A stretch of 62,812 nt of DNA, filler included, from Chiloscyllium plagiosum (GCF_004010195.1; 4 parts of 2 records of this genome joined end to end with filler, not necessarily neighbours in it); one strand, 5' to 3'. Shown: positions 35,816 to 50,050, numbered from the whole stretch's first letter. The notes: generated by a model not told the origin, from the sequence alone. A program made the numbers and translations.

Positions 35816-37782
35816 AGAGTTTCATCCTATTGGTTGGAGCTGCATTTACATCTCGGCTCCAGAGATGAAAGGAGACAATCCTCTTCCATTTAATCTAAGT
35901 CACTTTCATGGTAATTATTTCTTTTTTTATTATAAGGTATTACTGATGTGCTAACAAATTTTCAAAAGAAAAGGTCACTTTCATAATTAGCTTTCAATAC
36001 ATAGAGATTTTGCATTCTTGTATAGGATACAGGTGTCGCAGGCAAGGCTAGAATTTGTTGCTTATGTCCGTGGTGTCATAGAGTCATATGGTCATCCAGC
36101 ACGGAAACAGATCCCTCAGTCCAGCCAGTCCATGCCAAACATACCCCAAACTAAACTAGTTCCACCTGCCTGCTATTGGCCCATTTGCCTCCAAACCTTT
36201 CCTATTCATGTACTTAAGCAAATATCTTTTAAATGCTGTATTTGGACCCACATCCAACACTTCGTCAGGAAGTTCTTCCACACGTGAACCACGCTCTTTG
36301 TAAAGAATTTGCCCCTCACGTCTTTTTTAAATCTTTTTCCTCTCACCTTAAAAATATGCCCCTTAGTCCACATCCTTTCTGAATGGATTGGCTAAGGTAT
36401 TTCAGAGGGCAATGAGAGTCAACCACATCACTGTGAGTCTGGAGTCACATGCAGGCCAGAGGAGGTACGGTAAATTTCCTACCCTAAAACACATTCATGA
36501 ACCAGATGGGATTTTACGACAACCACCATTGGTTGCCATTAGACACGTTTGCCTTTCAGATTTTCTTGAATTAAAATTCCACCATCTGCCCTGGTGCGAT
36601 TCAAGTCCATGTCCTCAGAATATTAGCCCAGGGTTCTGGAGCACTATCTGGTGATATTACCATGACACCACCATGTTCCTAAGTTGTCATAAGGCAGAAA
36701 GTAGTAAAAATAATAAAAAGAAACAAAATCAAAACAAAGCATAAAACAAAAAACAAATAAAGAACTGCAGATGCTGGAAATCAGAAACAAAAACAGAGAT
36801 TACTGAAAAAACTCTGCTTTCTCTCCACAGATGCTGCCAGACCAAAGTAAACGCTTCAAATTCTTCTTCAGAACAGTTCTGAGAAAAGATATTTACAAAG
36901 AAATTTTTACATCAGTTTTCTAAATAATGTTTTCGTTTGAAACGAAAGAAAGAAATTTTGTTTTCCTCAACTGTCATTGAGAAGACAGAAAACTTGGTCC
37001 TAGATCTCTGCCAATGCCAACCTGCACACAGATAATTTTTCTTTCAAATTTGTACTCAGGGTGTGGGGTTGATGGCAAGACTAGCATTTAGTGCCAACCT
37101 TGGAGTTGCCTGAAATGGTGAAACTCTGCAATTCCTCTGGTGAGGACGCTTGCAAAATGCTCCCATAACACATTGCTGAAGCAAGATACCACCTGCAGCA
37201 CTTTATCCTCTTAATACAGCTCAGAACTCCACAACAGTGTGGGATAAAGTTTACTGCTCTAACGATTAGCATCACCTCCAACAAACTGCTGACCTTTAAA
37301 GTTTTCAAATTGCTGCTGATCGATGAGGGGAATGTCGGAAGTCACTTAAATCTGCATTACACGTACACTTTGCTTGAAATTCTGGAAGGCAGTTGCATTG
37401 AGTGTTTCAACAGTTTACTGGAGGGGAGCTCCTTTGGTAGAATGGCAGAATTGTCAATTCATGAAAAACTGCGATGTTCAAAGGGATAAGGAAGCAGGAT
37501 TAATCCATGTAAAGGCTCGGAGCCAGCTTATGATCTTAAGAAAGCTCAAAGTAAGCAGAGTCAAATGAAATGGGTTTGCATCACATTCCAATGTTTCTTT
37601 TCTCCCATCTTCCTTGAATATTTCTACGGGCACTGATAATCCTCAAGTTCCTCAAGAGATCCCCGACACTAAGTGTTTACAGCCTATTTTTTTCTGGAAG
37701 AGTAGCATGAAGGTAGTTATTTTGCTTTTATCATAAAGTAGTGAAACATTCTAGCATTTCATATAATTTCATAAACATGTAT

Positions 37783-38005
37783 GGCATGGTGGCTCAGTGT
37801 TAGCACTGCTGCCTCACAGCGCCAGGAACCTGGGTTTGATTCCAGCCCCAGGTAACTGCCTGGTGAGTTTGTACATTCTTCCCGTGTCTGCGTGGGTTTC
37901 CTCTGGGTGCTCCGCTTTCCTCCCACAGTCCAAAGAAGTGCAGGTTAGGTGAATTGGCCATGCTAAATTACCCGTAGTGTTCAGGGATGTACAGGTTAGG
38001 TGCAT
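37783..38005 (+). mobile_element. HE1 V-SINE, 3'-truncated
   Basis: tRNA-like head and V-domain. Confidence 0.85.
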
Positions 38006-38254
38006 TACTCTGGGTGGCAGGGTGAAATGTGAGGATGACGTTAGGAGATTACAGGGTGACCTGGACAGGCTAGGTGAATGGCAGATGCAGTTTAATGTGG
38101 ATAAATGTGTGGTTATCCACTTTGGTGGCAAGAGCAGGAAGGCAGATTACTACCTAAATGAAGTCAAGTTAGGTAAAGGGGCAGTACAACGAGATCAAGG
38201 TGTTCTTGTACATCAGTCAATGAAAGCAAGCATGCAGGTACAACAGGCAGTGAC

Positions 38255-41200
38255 AGTAGACAATGGACAATAGGTGCAGGAGTAGGCCATTCTGCCTTCG
38301 AGCCTGCACCACCATTCATTATGATCATGGCTGATCATCCTCAATCAGTATCCTGTTCCTGCCTTATCTCCATAACCCTTGATTCCACTATCTTTGAGAG
38401 CTCTATCCAACCCTTTCTTAAACAAATCCAGAGACTTGGCCTCCACGGCCTTCTGGGGCAGAGCATTCCACACACCCACCACTGAAGAAGTTTCTCCTCA
38501 TCTCTGTCTTAAATGGCCTCCCCCTTATTTTTCGGGACACACCCATCAGCGGAAACATGCTTCCTGCCTCCAGAGTGTCCAATCCTTTAATAATCTTGTA
38601 CATCTCAATCAGATCCCCTCTCAGTTTTCTAAACTCAAGGGTGTACAAGCCCAGTTGCTCCAATCTTTCAACATAAGGTAGTTCCGCCATTCCAGGAATT
38701 AACCTCGTGAACCTATGCTGCACTCTCTCAATAGCCAGAGTGTCTTTCCTCAAATTTGGAGACCAGAACTGCACGCAGCACTCCAGGTGTGGTCTCACCA
38801 GGGCCCTGTACAGCTGCAGAAGAACCTCTTTGCTTCTATACTCAATCCCTCTTGTTATGAAGGCCAGCATGCTATTAGCTTTCTTCACTACCTGCTGTAC
38901 CTGCATGCTTGCCTTCATTGACTAGTGTACAAGAAAACCCAGATCTCTTTGTACTGCCCCTTTACCTAACTTGACTCCATTTAGGTAGTAATCTGCCTTC
39001 CTATTCCTGTTGAGGGGACCAGATTGAGACGTATAAGATTATTAAAGGATTGGACACTCTGGAGGCAGGAAACATGTTTCCTGTTCTTGCCACCAAAGTG
39101 GATAACCATACATTTATCCACATTAAATTGCATCTGCCATGCATCTGTCCACTCACCTAACCTGTCCAGGTCACCCTGTAATCTGCTAACATCCTCCTCA
39201 CATTTCACCCTGCCACCCAGCTTTGTATCATCAGCAAATTTGCTAATGTTACTATTAATACCATCTTCTATATCATTAATATATATTGTAAAACGCTGCG
39301 GTCCCAGCACTGATCCCTGCGGTACTCCACTGGTATTCCGAAATGGAGCCGTTATCACTACTCTTTGTTTCCTGTCAGCCAACCAATTTTCAATCCAAGT
39401 CAGTACTTTGCCCGCAATACCATGCACCCTAAGTTTGCTCACTAACCTCCTATGTGGGATTTTATCAAAGGCTTTCTGAAAGTCCAGGTACACTACATCC
39501 ACTGGATCTCCCTTGTCCATCTTCAGAGTTACATCCTCAAAAAATTCCAGAAGATTAGTCAAGCATGATTTCCCCTTCATAAATCCATGCTGACTCTGAC
39601 CTATCCTATTACTACTATCCAGATGTATCGTAATTTCATCCTTTATAATAGATTCCAGCATCTTTCCCACCACTGAGGTCAGACTAACTGGTCTATAATT
39701 TCCTGCTTTCTCTCTCGCTCCTTTCTTAAAAAGTGATATAACATTAGCCATCCTCCAATCCGCAGGAACTGATCCTGAATCTATCGAACTCTGGAAAATA
39801 ATCACCAATGCATCCATGATTTCTAGAGCCACCTCCTTCAGTACCCTGGGATGTAGACCATCAGGCCCCGTGGACTTACCAGCCTTCAGACCTAACAGTC
39901 TCTCCAACACCAATTCCTGGCAAATATAAATTCCCTTCAGTTCAGGTCCTTCAGCCACTGTTACCTCAGGGAGATTGCTTGTGTCTTCCCCAGTGAACAC
40001 AGATCTGAAGTACCAATTCAACTCTTCTGCCATTTTTTTGTTCCCCGTAATATATTCCCCTGTTTCTGTCTTCAAGGGCCCAATTTTAGTCTTAACCATT
40101 TTTTTCCCTTTCACATACCTAAAAAAGCTTTTACTATCCTCCTTTATATTATTGGCCAGTTTACCTTCGTACCTCATTTTTTTCTCTGTGTATTTCCTTC
40201 TTAGTAATTCTCTGTTGTTCTTTGAAAGCTTCCCAGTCCTCCATTTTCCCACTCATCTTTGCTATGTTATACTTTTTCTCTTTTGACTTTATATGTTTCT
40301 TAACTTCCCTCATCAGCCATGGCCACCCCTGCCTCCTCCTAGGATCTTTCTTCCTTCTTGGAATGAACTGATCCTGCATCTTTTGCATTATACCCAGACA
40401 GACCTGCCATTGTTCCTCCACAGTCATCCCTGCTAAGGTATTGCACCATTGAACTTTGGCCAGCTCCTCCCTCATAGCTCCATAGTTCTCTTTATTCAAC
40501 TGAAATATTGTCACTACCAATTTACCCTCTCCCTTTTCAAATTGCAGATTGAAGCTTATTGTATTATGGTCACTACCTCCTAATGGCTCCTTCACTTCGA
40601 GGTCCCTGATCAATTCTGGTTTGTTGCACAATACCAGATCCAGAATTGCCTTCTCCCTGGTAGGCTCCAGCACCAGCTGTTCTAAGAATCCATCTCAGAG
40701 GCACTCCACAAAGTCTCTTTCTTGAGGTCCAATACCATCCTGACTCTCCCAATCTACCTGCATGTTGAAATCCCCCATAACAACTGTAGTAATATCTTTG
40801 CTACAGGCCAATTTCAGCTCCTTATTCAACTTACACCTTACACCCATACTACTGTTTCGGGGTCTGTAGATAACTCCCGAGAGGGTCTTTCTACCCTTAG
40901 AATTTCTCAGCTCTATCCATACTGACTCTACTTCCCCTGATTCTAGGACCCCCGTGCAAGGGACTGAATATCATCCCTTACCAACAGGGCCACCCCACCC
41001 CCTCTGCTCGTCAGCCTGTCCTTACGATAGCACGTATAGCCTTGAATATTCATTTCCCAGGCACTGTCCACTTGAGGCCACATCTCAGTTATCCCCACAA
41101 TATCGTAGCTGCCAATTTCCAAAAGAGCCTCAAGCTCATCCATCTTATTTCTAATACTTCATGCATTCATATATAGTATTTTTAATTTGTTACTGCCCTC

Positions 41201-41815
41201 ACCCTTCCTATCAACCCCTATTTCACTCAACCTTACGGCATGATCCCTTTTTGAGTTTTCTGCTTCATTGATACCGTTGTCTTTCTTGACTTCCCTTGTT
41301 CTAACTTTTCCTTCAATTTCCTTCTTCAACTTCCAGTTTGTCCCCTCCCCCCCGCTACTTAGTTCAAATGCAGCTGTGTTGCAGTAGCAAACCTGCCTGC
41401 CAGAATGCTGGTCCCCAACCTATTAAGGTGCAAACCGTCTCTTTTGTATAATTTATGCTTACCACAAAACATACCCCAGTGATTCAAGAATTTAAATCCT
41501 TGCTTCCTGCACCAGTTCCCCAGCCACACATTCAAGTCCATTATCTCCCTGTTTCTGGTCTCTCCAGCCCGAGGAACTGGAAGCAAACCGGAGATAACCA
41601 CTCTGGACATCCTTCTTTTCAGCCTTCTTCCTAGTTCTCCGAAGTCCCGCTGTAGTATGTTCCTCCTCTTCTTCCCGACATCATTTGTGCTGACATGTAC
41701 CACCACCTCTGGCTCTTCACCTTCGCCCTTGAGGATTTCCTGCACTCTGTATGCCATGTCCTTAATCCTGGCACCAGGAAGGCAACTCACCATCCTTAAA
41801 TCCCGCCTGTTGCCA
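38255..41815 (-). mobile_element. Near full-length, disrupted CR1 LINE: ORF1 SGNH-esterase domain (41359-41815), APE endonuclease (~40600-41170), RT (38981-40252) and 3'UTR
   Basis: [70 protein letters not shown]. Multiple frameshifts and deletions. Confidence 0.95.
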
Positions 41816-41817
41816 CA

Positions 41818-42625
41818 GTGAAGAAAGCTTATAGCTTGCTGGCCTTCATAACAAGAGGAATTGAGTATAGAAGCAAAGAAGTTCTTCTGCAGCTGTACAG
41901 GGCCCTGGTGAGACTGCACCCGGAATATTGTGTGCAGTTTTGGTCTCCAAATCTGAGGAAAGACATTCTGGCTATTGTGGGAGTGCAGCGTAGGTTCACG
42001 AGGTCAATTCCTGGAATGGCGGGACTATCTTACGTTGAAAGATTGGAGCGACTGGGCTTGTATATGCTTGAGTTTAGAAGGCTGAGAGGGGATCTGATTG
42101 AGACGTATAAGATTATGAAAGGATTGGACACTCTGGCAGCAGGAAACATGTTTCCGCTGATGGGTGAGTCTCGAACCAGAGGACTCAGCTTAAAAATAAG
42201 GGGTAGGCCATTTAGAACAGAGATGAGGAGAAACTCCTTCACCCAGAGAGTCGTGGGTATGTGGAATGCTCTGCCCCAGAAGGCTGTGGAGGCCAAGTCT
42301 CTGGATACTTTCAAGAAAGAGTTGGATAGAGCTCTCAAGGATAGTGGAATCTAGGGTTATGAGGATAAGGCAGGAACAGGATACTGATTGAGGATGAGAA
42401 TACTTGTATTCCTGATGAAGGGCTTTTGCCTGAAACGTCGATTTTACTGCTCCTTGGATGCTGCCTGAACTGCTGTGCTTTTCCAGCACCACTCTAATCT
42501 AGACTCTGGTTTCCAGCATCTGCAGTCATTGATTTTAACCAACTGATTGAGGATGATCAGCCATAATGAATGGTGGTGCTGGCTCAAAGGACAGAATGGC
42601 CTACTCCTGCACCTATTGTCTATTA
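41818..42625 (+). mobile_element. CR1 3' fragment inverted relative to the adjacent element
   Basis: ORF 41818..42354 is highly similar to the minus ORF 38418..38918; the 3'UTR ends CCTATTGTCTATT. Confidence 0.92.
42398..42541 (+). mobile_element. 144-bp Penelope-derived hammerhead module inserted in the CR1 3'UTR with a 15-bp TSD (ACTGATTGAGGATGA at 42383-42397 and 42542-42556)
   Basis: CTGATGAAGGGCTTTTGCCTGAAACGTC at 42412-42439; the duplicated flank is CR1 3'UTR sequence. Confidence 0.88.
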
Positions 42626-45054
42626 GTCAGGGGTAAAATGTACATGAATAGGGTAGAGGATCGGGATGCGTTGGTGGGTCGGTGTACACTTGGGCTGAAT
42701 GGCCTGTTTCCACACTGTAGGGATTCTATGAATTCTATGTACATGACTTATGTATGAGAAATGATCGGTCAAGAAGCAGTGGGGTATCTAGAAATTGCAA
42801 AATGTGCAATAATGGATTCATATGACTTTTGAACAGACTTCTCAAATGTTAATTTTGTCACTCTCTCTGCACCTTCTTTTCAGCTGTAACACTGTATTCT
42901 GCACTCTGTTGTGCTATCCTTAAGTACTTTGTATGGTACGATCTGTCTGTATAGCATGCAAAACAACACTTCACTGTATTTCAGTACATGTGGCGACAAT
43001 CAATCAATACTTGGACTTTTTTTCACTAAGGTCAATGACAAGGAACACTGGAACTTATTTTCTTCAAAACAGCATTTCTTGGAAACCCCAGGTTCTACAT
43101 AATTACTGGTCTTGGTCATTTGAACTCACTTCAGAGAAACTACCTGACTGTGTTTTCTGGCTGTCCTGTTTGAACAGCATTTTACCTTTCAGTTGTGGGA
43201 AGAAAATGCCTGTTACAGAACAAGCCACTCAGGTTGTCTCTTTTTGGAGTGGCTTTGTGGTAAATCCAGAGTGACTGGAAGTCTTCTTGATTCAATGTTT
43301 CCTGAGCCAGCTACATCTGCCAAAGTCCTGAAGATAACTCCTATAAGTGACATAGCACATGCCAGAAAATTAGCCATCTGAACACCTCAAAATCTCACCC
43401 TTTTTGTCTTCAAGAACAAAGACGGATAGGCCAGAAGTATTATTCTTTCCCCTGAAAATGAACCTGTGCAGAGAAAAATCATATATTTTCCTTTTACTAT
43501 GTGTTTGTGCATGTTTTCTTTGGGTTGGTAAACATTTTACATTTTCATATTACAAACCATGTTAATGAGTTTTGCATCTTCATTGTCAAGATTTCCTTTA
43601 AAATACATCAATAATTTTGTCTTTATTAAGGGAACTTGATTGATGCAGTTTTTAAGTTTAATATAGAGAAAGCATACAATTGGCTATCAGGAAATGGGTA
43701 AAACAATTCACCTTATGTTTAACTGATAGAATACTGGAACTCAAGAAAGACAGTGTATTTCTCCTATCTCAGTCATGACAGACAAAAAAAACTCCAAAAT
43801 TTATCCAGTTTGCCTTCTACCATCTAGCAGTTATTGATTGTTGAACAATCATGGCAATTAATCTCTTGTCTATTTTTCTAGAACTAAGCCAGATGAGGTA
43901 ATCAAAAACCTGGAGCAGGAAGATTTGAAAATCAATCTGCTCTCCCAAGCAGGGTACAAATTGGAATTTCTTTCAAATTTTAAAACCACAATGAATTACA
44001 TAATATGTGCAGATCACCACCTCTTGTATAGAAGGATTACATACTTAGAAAAAATGACTAATGATCAGAAGCTCATCTCCAGGGAGGAAACAGGAAAGTT
44101 TTCCCCTGAGTCGTCAGATTATTAAGTTGCTACATGAAGATGAATTGAACTTAACCCACTGTTTGCCCTTGGGCTGCAGTCTTTGACTGTCTGAAAACCC
44201 AGGGGTATAAAGCAAAGGTCTGCTGTGAGAGTACATCAACCACAGATTAACTGTAATTCTTCTCTATCGCAGGACTTTTAAGAAGTAAGTAGCATTATGT
44301 TTCTAATCTATCTTCCTATTCCCCTCTCAGCAATCATCTCTTACCTCTACTATATGTTTTTGTAGTACATTTGTGGGCCATGGCTTTTAATATATGAAGC
44401 GGGTCATATGGAAGGTACAGCAGGAAGCAATCTGAACAAGGGCTAAGTGATTAGGTCTCAGGCAGAACATTCAGTCCAATACTGAGCACCCTATATCAGG
44501 AAAGACGTCGGGATGTCAGTGATAGCGTGGAGGAGATATACTAGAACATACCAAGGATTAGCATCATTTGTTGTGTAGAATGATTAAAGAGACCATGATT
44601 GTTCTAATTAGAGGAGATAAGGTTAAGGATAAATTTAACAGAACTGATAATACGTAGGGAGAAATTGTTCCTGTTGGTAAAAGCATCAGTAAGGTGAAAA
44701 CACAGCTTTAATGTCATTGGGAAAATTTCTTAAGAAAAATAGAGAGAATAATTTTACATTACAATTTGGAAAACAGTGGAAGAAAATTCAAGAACAATTT
44801 TCAAAAGAGAACTGGACAAATAGTTGAAGCAGATGAAATAATTGGAGTGTGGGAAAAGAATATGGGAATGAGACTAAATAGATAGCTCTTTAAAATAGTC
44901 AGCATAGGCACAGAGGGCTGAATCATCTTCTTTTATCCTGAAGATTCTATCATCATGTGAATCTAGACAATGCTCAGAGGTACAAAGGCTGCTTGGTATA
45001 ACCCATCAGCTTCTAATTTTGAAAAAAGTTCAAAAGCTTCTCCTTTTAAGATAC

Positions 45055-45705
45055 CTTCCTTGAAATTTACATCACAGGTAGACGGGGTGATTAAGGTGTT
45101 TAGCACGCTTGCCTTCATTGCTCAGACCTTTGAGTATAGGATTGGGACATTATGTTGAGGCTGTACAGGATGTTAGTGCTGCAGAAGAAGCCTCACCGTG
45201 TCCAGGTCTGGTCACCCGTTATAGGAAGGACATAATTAAACCGGAGAAGGTTTAGAAAAAGATTTACTGGGATGTTGCTGGCAATGGAGGGTTTGAATTA
45301 TAAAAACAGCCTGGCTAGACTAGGACTGTTTTCAACGGAGGATAGGAAGTTGAGGGTGACCTTATAGCAGTTTATAAAATCATGAAGGGTAGAGATAAGG
45401 CGAATAACAAAGATCTTTTCCCAAAGGTGGGGGATTTCAAAATTACTGGGTATATGTTAAGGTGAGAGGAGAAAGTTTTAAAGAGGACATGAAGGGCAGA
45501 GAGTGGTTCGTGTGTGGAATGAACTGACTGATAAAGTGATTGATGCAGATACAGTTACAACGTTTAAAAGACATTTGAATAAGTACATGAATAGGAAGGT
45601 TGGGCCAAATGCAGGCGGGTGGAACTAGCTTAGTTTGTGTACGTGGTTGGCTGGACCAGTTGAACTGAATGGTTTGTTTCCACGCTGTACGATTCTATGA
45701 CTCTA
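45055..45705 (+). mobile_element. Degenerate CR1 3' fragment (older pieces at ~44450-44950)
   Basis: TTGAGTATAGG..GCTGTACAGGA, GTGTGGAATGAACTG and a 3'UTR ending CTATGACTCTA. Confidence 0.8.
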
Positions 45706-45962
45706 ATAAAGAAAAAAAATGTCCTTTCCATGGATGTTGATAAAATATAACACTGTAGTGCTTAACTGCTTTATCTGTACAAAGTCTCATTGATTTATAC
45801 TCGACTTTGAAGACCGTCAGCGGCAACAAAACTAGGAAGGATTGACTCCTTTCACATTCTTATGATCTCCTAAAATACTGGACAACCAAGTAATTGCTTT
45901 ATTTGACATGGTCCCCAATTTAGTTCTGAATAATTCACTTTTTTCAAGCACTGAAAAAGGTA

Positions 45963-46196
45963 CAAGTAATTCTGCTATGATGCATGTTTCTTCAGCGCGA
46001 ATTGGATACAACATGGTTGATGAATGATGAATGTTGACTTTGTTTGGATAATACGAACTTTCTACTGAATGGGTATAGCGATTTTCTATTACCGATCTTC
46101 TACAGCACGATTTTCTATAGCGGTTTGCCATAGTATAATTTTCTAAAGCGTGAGGTCACGAGGAACACAGCTGTCGTGTTATAGCAGAACGACCCG
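45963..46196. mobile_element. Probable Tc1/mariner-pogo (Tigger-like) MITE with TA flanks and ~22-bp imperfect TIRs
   Basis: Left TA|CAAGTAATTCTGCTATGATGC versus reverse complement of the right end TA|CGGGTCGTTCTGCTATAACAC; mismatches are mostly transitions. Confidence 0.6.
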
Positions 46197-47641
46197 TATT
46201 GAAAAAAAGGATTGCTGTACTGCACACGTTAAAGTTGAGTTGTGCATTTTTATACATTTCAAGTTGAAGAATATTCATGAGAAGAAATGAAAACATTTTT
46301 CCTTTACTTCATAATGCATTTCAACTTTAAACATTCCCAGGGAAAGCTGTCTAAACATCAGCAAGAACAACCTCAAGTACTGTTTTCTAAGGATCCCTGT
46401 GCTCACTGACCTATGTTGGCTTCAGGTCCAACAATACTTCAAATTTATGTACAAATCCCTCAATAGTCTTGCCCCTCCCTATCTGTGTAGCTTTCACAAG
46501 CTCTACAACCCTTCGGGAACTCTGATGCTCCAAATTCCCTTCTCCGATCCCGCCTAAGTTTCCAACGGTGCCTTCAGCTGTTGAGGTCCCTCCCTGAACC
46601 TCTTCATTATTCTCTCATCCTTACTGCTCTCTTGCTTCTTGAAGCCTACTACTGCCTTGTCCAACCTTTTGATCATCTGTTCCAATATCTTGTGGCACAG
46701 TTTTAGCAGATAATGTGTCCTGAGAAATTGGGAAATGTTACTACATTAAAGGTACACTGCCAACATGTTTTTGTAATGCCTCCAATTTAGCGAACCACCT
46801 TCTGCAAATATCTCCATTTCCTGCACCAAGAATTTTTATACTCCAACTGAGACCGATGATTTACTGTTAAATTATAGACAATTTCCTACAGTGGATTTGG
46901 GCCAGAGAACCATCTGACTTTATACTTGTAAACTCACATTATTTAGATATAAACCATCAGAGAGAGGATACGTTTCTCCAAACAGCATGATCTGGATGCA
47001 AACCCATGCCCACAGGTGTGAAACAGCAGGTAAGTGTTTCACCTGAGAATGTCAGTCAGCCAGCCCAGGCAGTGACAAATTAATTTACCACAGGAGGCAT
47101 CTTTTTAAACAATTGTGCAGCACTGTGCTAAAGTGGAAATTGTTGATTACAGGAAAGAAACACTCCTGAGGAGAAAACATCACTTTTGCTTCAAAAAATT
47201 AAATTCTGCTCCGACGGAGTGGCAAGATAGAAGCTGTGTTCCTGATTGCTGACACAGTGAGTACGATAGAAGCAGCAATAGTTGGGCCAGTCTGTGCATT
47301 ATCCAGCAGCTGCAGTATCGACCTGCTTTCTTTCTTGGCTGAGGATGAGGGAGAGGAGGAAAGGTCACAGAAACAAAATGAAATTCATTTACATTTTCTT
47401 TAATGAATTGACTGGGCCAGGAGTGTGGGCTCAATATCAGTAATCAAACGTCAGTGAGCTATTGCAGTGTGAAAGTCCAGGAAAAATGTCATAATGTAAA
47501 ACAAACCACCATGACAAGTATGAATGAAACAAAAGTAGCACAAAACCAACCACAGATAGCAGTGTGGACATGTCAGATGCAAGTTAAAGTCATGAAACAT
47601 ATCCACCTTGAATACAAATCACTGAAGTTTAAAAACAATGT

Positions 47642-47932
47642 AATTAGATTAGATTCCCTACAGTGTGGAAACAGGTCCTTCGGCCCAACCAGTCCACACC
47701 GACCTTTCGAAGAGTAACCCACCCATTCCCCTCTGACTAATGCACTGAACACTATGGGCAATTTAGCATGACCTGCACATTTTTGGACTGTGGCAAGAAA
47801 CCTGAGGAAACCCATGCAGACACAGGGAGACTGTGCAATCTCCACACAGACAGTCACCTGATGTTGGAATCGAACCTGGGTCCCTGGTGCTGTGAGGCTG
47901 TAGTGCTAACCACTGAGCCACTGTGCCACCCT
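47642..47932 (-). mobile_element. HE1 V-SINE with internal deletions
   Basis: Tail, V-domain and head on the minus strand. Confidence 0.88.
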
Positions 47933-48639
47933 TAATAAAAGGAAAATAAAATAAGTTGGTGACCATGTAAACCTGCCAAGGAAACAACAACAACAAAAAA
48001 TCCATAATCTTATGCCAGAATATTTAAACAACAAATTAAACAGAAACATAACTTTTGAAAAATTCAGTAAAATACTGATTTTTAATTTTCCATATATTTA
48101 ATGGTAAAGTTTTTTTTCAGTAATATTCCTTTAAATGCTGCACAATCTGTGGTAACTATAGTAACTTAGCAGATTCCTAAAGTGGAACAAATTCCTCTTG
48201 TAATAAATGAGGTGACATACAGTGCATGATTTCGAGAATTAAAATGAACCTCAAGATATGTACATTCATGCAGAAAAAATTAAAATCTCAAAATCCACAA
48301 TTCCTTGCTTTTACCCAAAGTAGTCTTGCCACCTGCAAGGAGCTTTCCTCACCGGTTACCGTATAAAGGCAGCTGTCTGATGCTGAGTTTTGAAGTAAGG
48401 ATTTTATGCCCACCTTCCAGCTGCACCTCGAAGAGAGCAGACTGGCACTTTCCCACAGAGTGGGCAGTAATATTCTAAGGAAGCAATGTCACTGGGCCAG
48501 GTTCATGCTGATCTGAGCAGCTGGACTCAAGCAGTACTGTGAAAGGCTGGAAACCATTTACTCACTTCTAAGTTGCCTGCTGAGATAAAAACAAAACTGG
48601 GGACTGGGAAAAAGCAATAACCTGCTCAGTGTGACTCAG

Positions 48640-50050
48640 CTTTGGTTCCACCAGGGTCATTCAGTTCTTGAATTCATTACAATCATAGATAAAAGACCTT
48701 AACCGCAGAGGTGAGGTGAGAGTAATTGTCCTTGACTTCAAGGTCACATTTGACTCGCTATGGTACCAGAGTCCCTAGCACAACTGAAATTAATGGGAAT
48801 CAAGGGCATAACTCTGCACTGGTTTGAGTTATACCTGGCACAAAGGAAGATGGTGTGGTTATTGAAGGTTAATTGTTACCGCTCCAGGACATTGCTGCAG
48901 GAGTTCCTCAGAGTATTGTTCTGCGCCCAACCATCTTCAGTGTTTCATCAATGACCTTCCCTCTTTCATAAGGTCAGAAGTTGGAATATTCACTTATGGT
49001 TGCACAATGTTCAGCACCATTTATGACTCCTCAGATACTGAAGCAGTCCATGTGCAAATGCAGCAAGATCTGGACAATACCCAGATTTGGGATGACAAGT
49101 AGCAAGTAATATTTGTGCCACACAAGTTTAGGCAACTAGTGAAAATTGAACCATTACCCCATGACATTCAAATGGAATTCCCATTTCTGAATCCTTCAGC
49201 ATTGTTCGCTGATGACTGTACAATGATCACTATTCATGGCTCCTCAGATACTGAAGTATGACCTAGACAACATCCAGGTTTAGGTTGACAAGTAATATTC
49301 ACACCACAAAAATGATCACCTTCTCTACAAGAGAGAATCTAACCATCTTTCCTTGGCATTTAATCACAGAATCCTCATTACCAAAATCTTGGAGCTACCA
49401 GTGATTAGATCTGGAACAGGAACAGCCAAATAAATGCTAAGCCTCCAAGAATAGGTGAGATCTAGAAGATTTGCAACGAGCAACTCATCTCCTGACTCCT
49501 TAATGACTGTGCACCATCTATAAGGCACAAGTCAGAAATGTATTGGAATACCTTCCATTTGACTGGGTGAATACAGTTCCAACAACATTCAAGAAGCTCA
49601 ACATCGTCCAAGGTAGAATAACCTGCTCAATTGGCAGCCCGCACCTACCACCTTCAAAATTCAATTTCTTCACCATCAGCACATAGTAAAAGCGGTGCGT
49701 ACCATGTACAAAGTGTACTGCAGCAACTGCTTCAACAGCACTTTCCAAATCTGTGGCCTCTACCATCTACAAGGATGAGGACAGCAGGTGCAGGGTAAAA
49801 CCTCTACCTGTAAACTCTTTTCCAAGCCACACACTATTCTGTCTTGGAACTAAGTCACTGTTCCTTCACTGAGGCTCAGTAGAACCTCTGAAACTGCCTC
49901 CCTAACAGCAATGTGGGTGTACGTACATCATATGCACTGCAGCAGTTGAAGAAGGCAGCTCTCCCGCACTTTCTCAAGGGCAACTAGGGATGGGCAATAA
50001 ATGCTGGCTCAGCTGGCAATGTCCACATTTTGTGGATGAATAAAACAAAG
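48640..50050 (+). mobile_element. Degenerate CR1/L2-group LINE RT plus 3' end (same family as 27445-28560)
   Basis: CTTGACTTCAAGG..TTTGAC, GGAGTTCCTCAGAGTATTG, CATCTATAAGGCACAAGTCAG, and a 3' end with GGGCAATAAATGCTGG. Confidence 0.8.

Noticed and set aside
38981..40252. 423-aa RT ORF as an active or domesticated gene
   Set aside because: Part of a CR1 with frameshifts, deletions and an inverted patch.
47180..47340. Good minus-strand acceptor followed by open frames, a possible ARHGAP39 exon
   Set aside because: No translation resembles ARHGAP39 as I recall it, and there is no convincing donor.
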